Positions 38,646-48,784 of a DNA stretch of 64,000 bases are shown in pieces; position 1 is the first letter of the stretch, and each line of letters begins with the position of its first letter. Position numbers and translations under genes: made by a program. Origin of the DNA: an uncultured Pseudomonadales bacterium (GTDB lineage Bacteria; Patescibacteriota; Microgenomatia; UBA1400; MFAQ01); assembly GCA_964439805.1 (NCBI GenBank), contig CAYTOI010000002.1:47489-111488 (forward strand). The letters run 5' to 3'. The notes under the pieces were generated by a model. That model worked only from the letters and a program-made list of their open reading frames with translations, was not told where the DNA came from and did not search any database.

Positions 38646-39413
38646 ATGTACACTCGAAAGACTTGGGGAACCTACACGCCAAACTCAAAAACTCCCTACA
38701 AAATTAGCAGATCCAAAATAGAACTCTTCCTAAACTGTCCTCGATGTTTCTACATGGATTGTAGATTAGGTTTGTCTCGACCCTCAACTCCTCCGTATAC
38801 GTTGAACAATGCAGTCGACAACTTGTTAAAAAACGAGTTTGACATTTTGAGAGAAAAAGGTGAAAAGCACGCGCTTGTAGAGAAATATGGCATAGACGCT
38901 GTTCCATTTAAACATTCAGAGTTAAAGCAATGGAGGGGAGAGGTAAAAGCATATGAGGGCGCACTAGTAGTGGACGAAAAATCAAATCTATTGATAAATG
39001 GCTTGGTCGACGATATCTGGCAAAATAAAGAAGGAGAATTAGTCATTGTCGATTACAAAGCCACCAGTACCACCAAGGCAATTTCTTTGGACGACGAATA
39101 CAAACAGAGCTACAAGAGACAGATGGAAATCTATCAATGGATCTTCCGAAAACTAGATTTTAAGGTTAGCAATATCGGCTATTTTGTTTTTGCCAATGCC
39201 ATAAAAGATAGAGAAAAGTTTGATGGAAAACTAGAGTTTGAAATGACCATAGTAGAGCACACAGGGAATTCAAGCTGGGTAGAGCTAACTCTTTTGGAAA
39301 TTGCCGAGTGTCTCAAAAACCCTAGAGTTCCAGCTCCCGCCCCAGACTGCGAGTATTGTACCTACAAACAATTCTCTGTCCAGGCAATGAGGGAAATTTC
39401 GGAAAAAAGTTAA
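38646..39413 (+). CDS. PD-(D/E)XK nuclease family protein
   Basis: CPRCFY, GLVDD, IVDYK, QMEIY, CEYC. Confidence 0.88.
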   Translation: MYTRKTWGTYTPNSKTPYKISRSKIELFLNCPRCFYMDCRLGLSRPSTPPYTLNNAVDNLLKNEFDILREKGEKHALVEKYGIDAVPFKHSELKQWRGEVKAYEGALVVDEKSNLLINGLVDDIWQNKEGELVIVDYKATSTTKAISLDDEYKQSYKRQMEIYQWIFRKLDFKVSNIGYFVFANAIKDREKFDGKLEFEMTIVEHTGNSSWVELTLLEIAECLKNPRVPAPAPDCEYCTYKQFSVQAMREISEKS

Positions 39414-39784
39414 GCTATAGCTCTTTCGAGCTTTATTATTCTTTTCTCGTGATCAGTAACTCGTACAGCTAACATGTCAGTAACCACATCTAGTTTTCTT
39501 TCGATTCCGTCCATCTTGTCGTCTACTTTGCCGATCACTTCTTTTAATGAAATCTCAAGATTGTGAACCATTGGTGCAGTAACTTTTTCATGAAAATCAA
39601 TCATTTTACCGTCAATCCTTTTGTCTAGAACATCTCCAACTTTTTCTAAGTTATTTCCAAACTTATCGTCAATTCTCTTATCTACAACCTCACTAACCTT
39701 CTCCAAATTTTTCCCAAGCCTGCGTTCAAGACTATCTTCAATTAAGTTTCCTAGAGCATTTAAATCATCTTTGTCTAGAGTCAT
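39410..39784 (-). CDS. Coiled-coil protein with a 19-aa tandem repeat
   Basis: G.NLEKV..V.DKRID.K twice; HEKRIIKLE end. Confidence 0.7.
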   Translation of the reverse strand: MTLDKDDLNALGNLIEDSLERRLGKNLEKVSEVVDKRIDDKFGNNLEKVGDVLDKRIDGKMIDFHEKVTAPMVHNLEISLKEVIGKVDDKMDGIERKLDVVTDMLAVRVTDHEKRIIKLERAIA

Positions 39785-39817
39785 AGTTCCAGTATAACAA
39801 AAATGAGATAATTGCTT

Positions 39818-40870
39818 ATGAACTTGTCAGATTTTAGCTACCATTTACCCCCAGAACTCATAGGCCAAAAAGCCATTGAGCCAAGAGATTCTTGCAAATT
39901 GATGGTGGTAAACAGAGAAAAAAACCAAATTTCTCATCACATTTTTCGAGATTTGATTAATATCTTGGACTCCAATACGGTTTTGGTTCTAAATGATACA
40001 AAAGTCTTTCCGGCAAGACTCTTTGGCAGCAAAAACACTGGCGGAAAAATTGAAGTATTGCTACTTAAGCAGCTCTCACCAAATAGTTTTTCTTGTCTGG
40101 TGCGAGGAAAAAGCAAAGAAAGTCAAAAAATAATTTTTAGTTCAACTCTAAACGCCACAATTACCAAGGGCGTGGAGTTTATCATCACCTTCAATCTCTC
40201 TGGTCCTGATTTACTCGCACAACTAGATAATCTTGGAAAAACTCCTTTACCTCCATATATTCACTCAGAAGAATCAGAGCAGGCCTTGCGACAGCAGTAC
40301 CAAACTGTTTACGCAAAAGAAAAGGGGAGTGCCGCAGCTCCCACAGCCGGACTTCACTTCACTGAAGAGTTACTCGAAAGTCTCCAAAGCAAAGGAGTAC
40401 AAATAGAAAAAATAACCCTTCATGTAGGACTGGGAACTTTTAAGCCAGTTACTCAGGACCAAATAGAATCAAAAACATTGCATAGTGAGCAATTTGAAAT
40501 TAGCGAGAAAACTGCAGATAGAATAAATGAATCCAAAAAGCAGGGTAAAAAAATAATTGCTGTGGGCACAACATCTTGCAGAGTTTTGGAGTCTCAAACA
40601 GACGAACAAGGTTTTTTGAAATCTGGTAGGGGAGAGACCAATATCTTCATACAGCCACCTTACCAATTTAAATTATTAAACGGATTAATCACCAACTTCC
40701 ACTTCCCCGAAACCAGTTTATTAATGCTTGTTTCAGCCTTGGTTTCTTTCCCCAACTCCCCTATTCATTTTGAAAATTTTTCCAAGTTCTTAGTAGGGGA
40801 GGCATACTCAGAAGCAGTCAAAAACGAATACAAATTCTTCTCCTTCGGCGACGCGATGCTCATAAATTAA
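39818..40870 (+). CDS. queA: S-adenosylmethionine:tRNA ribosyltransferase-isomerase
   Basis: PLPPYI, YQTVYA, AAPTAGLHFT, TLHVG.GTF, VGTT, TNFH, FSFGDAM. Confidence 0.97.
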   Translation: MNLSDFSYHLPPELIGQKAIEPRDSCKLMVVNREKNQISHHIFRDLINILDSNTVLVLNDTKVFPARLFGSKNTGGKIEVLLLKQLSPNSFSCLVRGKSKESQKIIFSSTLNATITKGVEFIITFNLSGPDLLAQLDNLGKTPLPPYIHSEESEQALRQQYQTVYAKEKGSAAAPTAGLHFTEELLESLQSKGVQIEKITLHVGLGTFKPVTQDQIESKTLHSEQFEISEKTADRINESKKQGKKIIAVGTTSCRVLESQTDEQGFLKSGRGETNIFIQPPYQFKLLNGLITNFHFPETSLLMLVSALVSFPNSPIHFENFSKFLVGEAYSEAVKNEYKFFSFGDAMLIN

Positions 40871-40900
40871 AAATGTAACCTCACCTTGAGTTCTTGATTT

Positions 40901-42034
40901 CTAGATTTCTTGAGTTCTTCTTTCTCGTATCTCCTCCGCCAACCTGACCATAAACCTCACATTGTGTATCGAGGCCAATCGATAATAACTAAGTTCCTTA
41001 GCTCTGTACAAGTGCCTCAAATAGCTCCTAGAATATCCAGATGTACAGGTATAACAATCACACCCTTCCATAATCACCGATTTATCATTCTCATAAATTT
41101 TATTATCAATATTAAGTCGGCCGTTTTTGAACTCACTTTCAAACTTACCTCCTCTTATCTCTCCATAATAAAGAGCCCCATTGCGAGCTAATCTGGTGGG
41201 AGCAACACAGTCACACATATCTACTCCCGCCGCAAAGATATCAACCAAGTTTTGAGGGTCTCTCCCCAGTCCCATGGCATAAAGTGGTTTGTCTGCTGGT
41301 AGCAAATCCTTTATCCACTCAATCATTTCTAGTGTTCCTTCCATGTTGTACCCTACTGTCTCTCCTCCTAAGGCAATTCCCGAAAAGGGGAGGGAACAAA
41401 TAAATTTTGCCGACTCTCTACGCAACTCTTTATCCATAGCGCCTTGGATAATTCCAAACAGAGCTTGGTTTTTCCCTTGTGCACTTAGTTTATTGTTTTC
41501 TTCCCAGCGTTTTACTGATTGTTCTGCCCATCTATGAGTTCTGCCTAGTGCTTCTTTGGCATATGCACTTGTCGCTTCGTCTGGAGTGCATTCATCAAAA
41601 GCCATAATTATGTCCGCTCCCAAGTCTCTTTGAATATCTATAGAAATTTCTGGAGTAAATCTGTGCATTTTGCCATCCAAATGAGATTTAAAGGTGACAC
41701 CCTCTTCATCAATTTTGGCTAGTGGCTTGCCATTAGCTCCTTTACCAAGTGAAAAAACCTGAAATCCACCACTGTCGGTAAGCATGGGTTTATTCCAATT
41801 CATAAACTCAGTTACTCCACCCATTTCGCTCACTAATTTTTCTCCAGGGCGTAAAAAAAGATGATAAGTATTGGCTAAAATTATTTCTGCCTTTGTATTT
41901 TCAATATCGGCTACATCTAGAGCCTTGACTGTAGCTGCAGTACCCACTGGCATAAAAACAGGTGTGTTTATCTCTCCTCTGTCTGTGGTTATTACTCCAG
42001 TACCATCAATGTTTTTCTTAAAGCTAAAACTCAT
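40901..42034 (-). CDS. tgt: tRNA-guanine transglycosylase
   Basis: TPVFMPVGT, ANTYHL, TDSGGFQVFSL, CDCYTC; start ATG at 42034, because the ORF-track extension lies inside the tRNA. Confidence 0.96.
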   Translation of the reverse strand: MSFSFKKNIDGTGVITTDRGEINTPVFMPVGTAATVKALDVADIENTKAEIILANTYHLFLRPGEKLVSEMGGVTEFMNWNKPMLTDSGGFQVFSLGKGANGKPLAKIDEEGVTFKSHLDGKMHRFTPEISIDIQRDLGADIIMAFDECTPDEATSAYAKEALGRTHRWAEQSVKRWEENNKLSAQGKNQALFGIIQGAMDKELRRESAKFICSLPFSGIALGGETVGYNMEGTLEMIEWIKDLLPADKPLYAMGLGRDPQNLVDIFAAGVDMCDCVAPTRLARNGALYYGEIRGGKFESEFKNGRLNIDNKIYENDKSVIMEGCDCYTCTSGYSRSYLRHLYRAKELSYYRLASIHNVRFMVRLAEEIRERRTQEI

Positions 42035-42109
42035 GGAGCCGAAGGTCGGACTCGAACCGACCACCTGCTGTTTACGATACAGCTGCTCTACCAGATGAGC
42101 TACTTCGGC
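42034..42109 (-). tRNA. tRNA-Thr(CGT)
   Basis: GCCGAAG/CTTCGGC acceptor stem, GCTGT-ATCGTAA-ACAGC anticodon arm, GTTCGAG, encoded CCA. Confidence 0.93.
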
Positions 42110-42178
42110 TTAAGGGTATTTTAACTGAAACTAGAGCCAAAGTGCTAAAATAGCGCATACTTTAAATTTGGAGGCTAG

Positions 42179-42475
42179 ATGAGTTATCAAAAAGTACTTT
42201 TTGGCACAGCTTTGGACCGCAATCAGTTGTTAGATTTATTTTTAGGTAGGGGTGACATCCAAGTTGCTCACGAAGGACAATTGATCACAGTTTACGGAAT
42301 TAATGATAGACATGTTCTTCGCGAGGTTGAAGATGGAGAACTTCATACTGTTAATATCATCGGTATGTCAGCTAGCGATAAGGTAGGCTTGGTGGACGGT
42401 CAAGGTACCTTAAAGCTAAACAATTCCAACAAAGACTTGTTTATACTTAATTTAGAAATAAATCTGCACGACTAG
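42179..42475 (+). CDS. Hypothetical protein
   Basis: GGAGG SD; terminator at 42511-42535. Confidence 0.65.
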   Translation: MSYQKVLFGTALDRNQLLDLFLGRGDIQVAHEGQLITVYGINDRHVLREVEDGELHTVNIIGMSASDKVGLVDGQGTLKLNNSNKDLFILNLEINLHD

Positions 42476-42537
42476 TAGGATTAATTAATTGCCTAATCAA
42501 ATAAACATCTACCTCTGGAAGCCCAGAGGTTTTTTAT

Positions 42538-43200
42538 TTAAATTTTTGGCAAACTGAGCTTCAATCCACTAAATAGAATATTTGGATTCTTTCCAATCAC
42601 TGTTCTGTTTGCCCAGTATATCTTGGTCCACTTAAAACCATCTCCATAAGCGCGCACAGATATTGTCCAGAGAGAGTCACCCTTCAGTGTGGTGTAAGTA
42701 TCTACATCAATTGTTCCAGACTCTTTTGTTTTTGTCTCAACAGCAACCTCATTTTTTGGAGCAACTGCCTTAGCCTCTTCTTTTTCCATTACAGTAATCT
42801 TCTTTGCTTCTACTTTTGGCATCTTTAGTTCTTGCCCAACTTCTATATTTCCTTTGGCAGAAAGTTTGTTTTCCTTGATGATATCAACATAATTGTATCC
42901 AGACTTGTAGTATTTTTCTGAGATGTGCCAAAGATCATCCCCCTTAACTACTTTATAGGTATCTCCGCCCGGTAAATAGGCCTTTTTACTATCTTCAAGA
43001 GAAATTGTGGCTGGTTCAGTCTCAGAAAGTAGACTACCTTTCCAGATTTTTAAATTCGCTGTTTTGAAGTAATTTATCATCATTCCAGCCACCAAAAAAA
43101 CCACTACTATGCCCAGTAGCGTGCTAAAACGATCTTCGTTTACTTTGAAAAATTTTAGGATATCTTTTATCCTTGTATCTGAACTCTGTCCTTTATTCAT
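42538..43200 (-). CDS. Membrane-anchored double LysM protein
   Basis: YKVVKGDDLWHIS and YTTLKGDSLWTIS...PNILFSG. Confidence 0.92.
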   Translation of the reverse strand: MNKGQSSDTRIKDILKFFKVNEDRFSTLLGIVVVFLVAGMMINYFKTANLKIWKGSLLSETEPATISLEDSKKAYLPGGDTYKVVKGDDLWHISEKYYKSGYNYVDIIKENKLSAKGNIEVGQELKMPKVEAKKITVMEKEEAKAVAPKNEVAVETKTKESGTIDVDTYTTLKGDSLWTISVRAYGDGFKWTKIYWANRTVIGKNPNILFSGLKLSLPKI

Positions 43201-43316
43201 AACTCCATCTTATATAGAAATATATAAATGTCAACAACTAGCCATGGAAGCAGGAAAATCCTATAGAATGGTGTAAAATATGCTATAGAAGAAATCCTTA
43301 ATATTTGGAGGTAATT

Positions 43317-43691
43317 GTGGCAAATGAAGTTGATTTGACTATTGATGAGAAGAATGAAGCTTTGGACAAAATTTTAAGATATTTAAAACAGAATGCTCTT
43401 GAGAACATTAGTAGTAAGGTTGAAGATGGGATCGAGCATTATAGTGCTAGTTTTGTAGACCAAAAAAGTATAGGTTTTAGTTTTGTGTGTAGTGCATACA
43501 AAGACAACGGTCCAGAACACGGCCGGTTTGGTATTCGCATGGTTGATATAGCCATCAGCTGGGAAAGTTACTACACAGTTATCGAGTCTGGCGGCGGCGA
43601 GATATATAACAAAATCAGAGAACTTGTAGGCAGCTTGGCAACATATTGTCGCACCCACAACTTAGAAGCAAGAAGTCATCTCCTAGGCTAG
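43317..43691 (+). CDS. Hypothetical protein
   Basis: GGAGG before GTG 43317; terminator at 43711-43739. Confidence 0.6.
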   Translation: MANEVDLTIDEKNEALDKILRYLKQNALENISSKVEDGIEHYSASFVDQKSIGFSFVCSAYKDNGPEHGRFGIRMVDIAISWESYYTVIESGGGEIYNKIRELVGSLATYCRTHNLEARSHLLG

Positions 43692-43742
43692 TTTTAGTCA
43701 GTAGATAAATAAAGTCCCCCTCATTTGAGGGGGATTTTTCAT

Positions 43743-43770
43743 AGCCAGCCTGCTGGGACGATTTTTGAAC
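43743..43770. repeat. att-like junction R1
   Basis: AGCCAGCCTGCTGGGA-CGATT-TTTGAAC. Confidence 0.6.
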
Positions 43771-43932
43771 CTACTTAAACTCAATTAAACCTACTCTAAA
43801 TCTCTCTATCTAGGCACAAATAGCCCTATAGCATAGACTTTTGAACAAATTCTTGGTATAATTAAGCACAATTGATATTGATTTTATCAATCGACGTGCA
43901 CCTTAAATTTATTCCAGACTCAGGAGAAACCC

Positions 43933-44553
43933 ATGAAATACAGACCATTTAAACCGTTTTTTAGTTGGCTTTACGAGTTGTACATTATGATCAGTTTGAA
44001 AAATCAAGGTTACGGTGAAGAGCTGGCAAGATCCGTGATCGGCTATAGTCCAAAAGATGTCCCCTATGTATACAGCACGGATCCAAGCTATCCAAATAAC
44101 GGCACGCTTAAGTCCGAACTTTGGATGGGATCAGTAGTCAGTAAGGAAGAGCTGGTAGGAGTATGGTCCGATCAAATTCCTGAGGTTATTGTCCAATGGC
44201 GAGGTCACACTCCCATCAAAGGCAGTGTTTGTGGCAAGAGAGAGGTCAACAGACTAGAAGTTCACCACTTAGGTGACGGTTCATTTGTTCAGCTTGAATT
44301 TCGGAATGTATCTGATACGGGAGCTTTTGACGGCAAGCTTAAATATTTGGACCTGTACAAGCTTAAAGAGGAAACTAATTATTCTGGAAAGCTGTGCAAA
44401 GAATACTCTATTCACAAAATTCACCGAGTTGGTGTAAGGTGGGTGGTTGACTTGGGATTTTCCAGCTTCTCAGGCACGACCATGCTCAATGCATGGCAGG
44501 AAATTCTGCAATTTCGGGTGAACACATACATGATCAAGCCAGACATCAAATAA
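43933..44553 (+). CDS. Hypothetical protein (cassette cargo)
   Basis: AGGAG SD; promoter TAGACT-17-TATAAT. Confidence 0.7.
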   Translation: MKYRPFKPFFSWLYELYIMISLKNQGYGEELARSVIGYSPKDVPYVYSTDPSYPNNGTLKSELWMGSVVSKEELVGVWSDQIPEVIVQWRGHTPIKGSVCGKREVNRLEVHHLGDGSFVQLEFRNVSDTGAFDGKLKYLDLYKLKEETNYSGKLCKEYSIHKIHRVGVRWVVDLGFSSFSGTTMLNAWQEILQFRVNTYMIKPDIK

Positions 44554-44556
44554 TTT

Positions 44557-44778
44557 ATGGACGAAAAAAGGAGACTAATGTCAGCAACAGAAGAGTTCAT
44601 TCGTGTTATGGGATTTATATTGGGGCCGATTTTAACTCCAATTGTGTTTGTAGGCTCTGGGGTTGCGTTTACGGCCGATCAACCAAATTACACCCACACA
44701 GTTGTATTGTTTCTGATGGGTGTAGCAATGCTGGTAATTACAATTATCAGCCATTATGATTTTTGGAAGAAAAAGTAA
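44557..44778 (+). CDS. Small two-TM protein
   Basis: Two TMs; terminator at 44792-44825. Confidence 0.6.
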   Translation: MDEKRRLMSATEEFIRVMGFILGPILTPIVFVGSGVAFTADQPNYTHTVVLFLMGVAMLVITIISHYDFWKKK

Positions 44779-44950
44779 AAAGTAGTAATGTAAAGACCTC
44801 ATCTCTAAAGATGGGGTCTTTTTTTAGACCAAAAAGTACATATCTAGCCACAAACACCCCATAACTAGACAATATGCAGGTCTATAGGTATAATACGCAC
44901 ATAGGATTAGTTTCTACTATTACATTCACAAAATATTGGAAGGAGTAAAA

Positions 44951-45307
44951 ATGGATTTAGCATCCGTAAGTGTCATATTGAATATTGTTATGGCGGTGGT
45001 TTCTCTCTATTATCGGAACATAAGAAGTTTGGAAGTAAATATAGTAAAATTTTTACTGGCAACAGGTCTATTTTTTGTTGCAGCTTTTAGAGGAGAGATA
45101 TTTTTTGAGATTTTTTGGGGAATACTAATGATTGGATTTCTTTTTGTTATCACTGGTTATCCAGGTGAGTCGAGTACGGTGACAAAAATTGAAGTTCAGG
45201 ATCAGATTCAAAATTCCAATGAGCAAAGCACCTATCAGTGCACACACTGCCAAACTTTCTCGAAAGAAAGGATTGGTACTTGTAAGTCATGCGGTGCTCC
45301 TCTTTAA
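44951..45307 (+). CDS. Three-TM protein with C-terminal zinc ribbon
   Basis: CTHC...CKSCGAPL; AGGAG SD; TAGACA-17-TATAAT. Confidence 0.7.
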   Translation: MDLASVSVILNIVMAVVSLYYRNIRSLEVNIVKFLLATGLFFVAAFRGEIFFEIFWGILMIGFLFVITGYPGESSTVTKIEVQDQIQNSNEQSTYQCTHCQTFSKERIGTCKSCGAPL

Positions 45308-45417
45308 AAAGAATTAAACTTGCCCTCTTAATAAAAAGAGGGTATTTTTGTGCCAAAAATGCATGTTTTCACCACCAGTACACATACGCTAGGGGTATAC
45401 TTAGGAATAAAAATTAA

Positions 45418-45445
45418 GACGAGTCTTAGTGGACGATATTCGAAC
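45418..45445. repeat. att-like junction R2
   Basis: GACGAGTCTTAGTGGA-CGATA-TTCGAAC. Confidence 0.55.
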
Positions 45446-45540
45446 CCAAATATACTCAAAATAGGCACAAAATAAAGCCTATAGGTTGAAAAAACTTGAG
45501 AAAGATGATAAGATACTCAATCTCAAACTAAGGAGTTATC

Positions 45541-45840
45541 ATGCAAACATTTAAATATCCGTGGGAAGACTGGCTTACTGCATTGATGCTCAGTCTGCGT
45601 CCTCGCCTTTATATCTACCGCAAGGGTGAGTACAAGAAAGTGGTCGGTCCTGCTCCGTTACTCAACAGTCTCAAAGGAGTTGGCGGTTACTTGGTTATCG
45701 GTGACCAAATTCAGATCGTCTCAGGTCTATACTTCTCAGGAACAAACGCTCTAGGTTCCAACGCTGTGAACGGCTGGACAATCAACGAGATGGAGACGGA
45801 TGCACTTGACGATTCTGACAAAAAGAAATTAGGGCTCTAG
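45541..45840 (+). CDS. Hypothetical protein (cassette cargo)
   Basis: AAGGAG SD; TTGAAA-17-TAAGAT; terminator downstream. Confidence 0.7.
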   Translation: MQTFKYPWEDWLTALMLSLRPRLYIYRKGEYKKVVGPAPLLNSLKGVGGYLVIGDQIQIVSGLYFSGTNALGSNAVNGWTINEMETDALDDSDKKKLGL

Positions 45841-45953
45841 CCCCCAAACACAAAGAGAAAATCTCCAAGTGCGAGGGGGATTTTCTTTGCCAAAAAAGTT
45901 TGTATCCCATATTTGGCCACAAAAAATCCCTCCACAAGGGAAGGATTTTTCAT

Positions 45954-45981
45954 GGCGAGCCTACTGGGACGATTTTAGAAC
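45954..45981. repeat. att-like junction R3
   Basis: GGCGAGCCTACTGGGA-CGATT-TTAGAAC. Confidence 0.7.
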
Positions 45982-46045
45982 TTTTAAACTGCGCAAATGA
46001 GTTATATCTATTTACCTAATATGGCTCTGCTGATACATTTAAGTC

Positions 46046-47959
46046 ATGGCAGAAGTTCAAATAAACCACGAGGTTGAAACAGTAGAGTCGAGGCTAACTA
46101 GCAAATGCATTGACAAATATCTTGATTTTGCGATGGACAATGAGGTCAAATTTCAACACAACAAGGAAGAAATTAAAACACAAGTTCAGGAAATAATAAC
46201 AAAATTTCAAGTTGAACCAGCATTTTTTCGCTCTGTTTTTGGACTTGCAAGACCCATGCTTCTTTTGGGGGTTGCTGATAGATGGATCTCAGCCAAGAAT
46301 TTAGATGAAAAGAAGTATTTGGTTGATTATATGAAGGTTCTTTTTTCAAATGACTTTATCCAAAATACTGATATTGGTCTTGAATTTGGAAAAACTTTCT
46401 CTATAAAAGAAGAAGAAAAAGCGATAATGGGTTATTCTGGTTCCTACGAGTTTGCTTCTGGCTTGTCGACAATAGAATCTGTAAATAGAGAGGGCTGGAG
46501 GAAAAAAAGAGATTTTGCAAACGACGACAACAATACTGACCTAGAAAAAACCGCCTCGCTGATTAACGGGATTAGTATTGATAACCCAGATTCCCAATTA
46601 AGCATTATTCGTAATGAACTCGGTATAACAAAAGAAAACGAACAAGAGTTTAAAGTTAAAGTTTCAAAACTTACAAAGTCAGAAATGGCAAAAAAATTTA
46701 ACGGAACAATTGCTTTCCAAGTTGGTAGCTTGGTATACCTTCCAAATAATTTCAATCAAAGCCTGTTGGAGCATGAATATACTCACTCTCAACAGCTAAA
46801 ATTTAGCTTCGGAGGTGGTCGAGTACTTGGCTCAGCTTTAGGGGAAGCTTTAACAGAATACCAAGTTCAGAAGCCAAAGTATTATGGTGAAGTTAGAAAG
46901 GTTCTTAAAGAGATCGAAAAGGTAATACCAGGATTTATAAATGAACTTAAAGAGTATGGGGTGGTAAAAATAATCTCAAAAGGTGACAAGGTAGTTATGA
47001 AAATGATGCAAGGGTTAGGTGCCTCAACAGCAATTGATGCACTAGCCCTGGCACCAGTTAGCTCAAAGTCTAATATGGCGCAAAACTACTTCCATGGTGG
47101 TAGTTTTTTTAGGAGACCGTATGATGTTTACAAGTCAGTCCACGCATTAGTAGGGAAACAAACTATTGAACAGAAAGATGTAGATTTTAAGGTATTTTCT
47201 TCTCTAGATGCTGAAATATCAAAAGAGACAGAAAGCAAAAGGTTGCAGGCTCATGAAATAGTTGAAAAGTTAAGCGAAATAACTGAATTTGATAAAGTTA
47301 GTATTCAACTTGAAAAGATTATCAGGTTATGGCGAGCAAATAGAGAGGTAACCTCATACGAGTTAAGGAGTTTTATAGAGCAAGTCAGTAAAAAATTCCC
47401 GAACGACTATGAGCAGGTCAGTGAGGTAATATCAAAAACCCTTCTAAGTGATGCTTCGGGCAATAAATACTACTTTGAATCATTTGTAAAAGATCCAAAT
47501 TTAAACCTTATGCTAATTTTGTTAAATAATGATGATCAAAAAAGTAACGAATTTGTTCGCAACTTATATACTGATTTATTAAGAAAATCTTCAACTAGTA
47601 ATAACAGCCAAATTATTGACTATGTCTCGTCACTCAGTAGTTTTTCCACTCCTGAATTTTTCGCAATACATGGTACTGAAGCAATTAATATGGCTTTAGA
47701 GACATCCAAATCAAATCCTGAAGATCGGTATGTGTATTTATCCTTCATTGAAGAAGTCCTAAAAAAGAATCTATTGGATAGTTTGAAAACAGAGGATAGG
47801 TCGGTGGCAATAGAAAAGCTGCAGTCCATATATAACAACATTGTAAAAACGCCAAGTGACATGTTCAAGAAATACACCAAGCCAGAAGAACTAGAAAAAA
47901 TACTCGTTTCAATAAAACAAAAAAAGAAAGAAGTATTACATCAAATGCTCAGTGAGTAG
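46046..47959 (+). CDS. Large hypothetical protein with a zincin-like HEXXH motif
   Basis: LLEHEYTHSQQ...ALGEALTE. Confidence 0.7.
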   Translation: MAEVQINHEVETVESRLTSKCIDKYLDFAMDNEVKFQHNKEEIKTQVQEIITKFQVEPAFFRSVFGLARPMLLLGVADRWISAKNLDEKKYLVDYMKVLFSNDFIQNTDIGLEFGKTFSIKEEEKAIMGYSGSYEFASGLSTIESVNREGWRKKRDFANDDNNTDLEKTASLINGISIDNPDSQLSIIRNELGITKENEQEFKVKVSKLTKSEMAKKFNGTIAFQVGSLVYLPNNFNQSLLEHEYTHSQQLKFSFGGGRVLGSALGEALTEYQVQKPKYYGEVRKVLKEIEKVIPGFINELKEYGVVKIISKGDKVVMKMMQGLGASTAIDALALAPVSSKSNMAQNYFHGGSFFRRPYDVYKSVHALVGKQTIEQKDVDFKVFSSLDAEISKETESKRLQAHEIVEKLSEITEFDKVSIQLEKIIRLWRANREVTSYELRSFIEQVSKKFPNDYEQVSEVISKTLLSDASGNKYYFESFVKDPNLNLMLILLNNDDQKSNEFVRNLYTDLLRKSSTSNNSQIIDYVSSLSSFSTPEFFAIHGTEAINMALETSKSNPEDRYVYLSFIEEVLKKNLLDSLKTEDRSVAIEKLQSIYNNIVKTPSDMFKKYTKPEELEKILVSIKQKKKEVLHQMLSE

Positions 47960-47990
47960 TCCCATTTTTACATATCTGGACATGACTCAC

Positions 47991-48102
47991 CAGGCTCGTT
48001 ACGAGACTAGTTCCGGCAGTTCGAATCCCATACCAACAAACTAAAAATCTCGGCACAAGGCCGAGACTTTTACTTGCGAGCCTGATGGGACAATTTTAGA
48101 AC
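47991..48102. repeat. About 100-bp copy of the tRNA-Asp downstream region (49780-49879) ending in junction R4
   Basis: Identical terminator CTCGGC-ACAAG-GCCGAG; TGCGAGCCTGATGGGA-CAATT-TTAGAAC. Confidence 0.85.
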
Positions 48103-48173
48103 TTTTCCAGCGCAAAACTAACAATTTCGCCAACAAAAAAACTCGCCCATTGCTGAACGAGTCTGTGACACCA

Positions 48174-48485
48174 TTATTTCGTTTCAGTTACTTCTTTCGA
48201 AACCTGGATTTGATTTGAGTACACACGCCAAAGCGTGTATTTCTTCCCTTTGTACTCAACTGTTGATCCATAGTCAGAGTTCTTTACTGGTAATTCATCG
48301 TAGTTTTTGTATTCAAGGTTCCATGTCGTTCGGGTCCCACCAACAAAAACATCCCACGAATTGTCACCTTCGACAAGGACAATATTCTTTGGCGATTCCT
48401 GGTCGTTGCTATGCATAAAGAATGGAACCAGCAATAAAGCTACCAAAATAGTCCCGACACACAATTCGAAAAGTCCAATTTTCAT
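48174..48485 (-). CDS. Membrane-anchored hypothetical protein
   Basis: AGGAG before ATG 48485; N-terminal TM. Confidence 0.65.
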   Translation of the reverse strand: MKIGLFELCVGTILVALLLVPFFMHSNDQESPKNIVLVEGDNSWDVFVGGTRTTWNLEYKNYDELPVKNSDYGSTVEYKGKKYTLWRVYSNQIQVSKEVTETK

Positions 48486-48505
48486 AATCTCTCCTGTCAG
48501 TATTT

Positions 48506-48784
48506 TTACCAAAACTTGATGTGAAGTGAGACAATGAGCGCCCACAACCCAAGATTGATGATAGCGGGTCCAAATGGCTCAAAATATGCATCTACAAAGC
48601 CAACCCACTCGCCGAATGCCAGCTTGTTTGCCAGGGAAAACATTCCCCAGTTTACGGAAAACAAAAGGATTAGTACACATAGCAGTGATTTCAAAGTGTT
48701 TGGCATCGGTATCGGTGTAATCATTCCAACCGCCAAGCCGACAATTATGTCAAGTAAAGCCAGTACTATAAAGAACTTTTTCAA
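48506..48784 (-). CDS. Three-TM hypothetical protein
   Basis: GGAGG before TTG 48784. Confidence 0.65.
   Translation of the reverse strand: MKKFFIVLALLDIIVGLAVGMITPIPMPNTLKSLLCVLILLFSVNWGMFSLANKLAFGEWVGFVDAYFEPFGPAIINLGLWALIVSLHIKFW

Noticed and set aside
33530-39413. Two Cys-containing PD-(D/E)XK nucleases as Cas4 of a CRISPR system
   Set aside because: No cas1/cas2 and no repeat-spacer array; stand-alone RecB-family nucleases are common in CPR
42035-42064. N-terminal extension of Tgt in the ORF track (MVGSSPTFGS)
   Set aside because: This is tRNA-Thr T-arm sequence; the plausible start is ATG 42034
47991-48030. Additional tRNA gene at GTTCGAATCCC
   Set aside because: No cloverleaf; it is a copy of the tRNA-Asp downstream repeat
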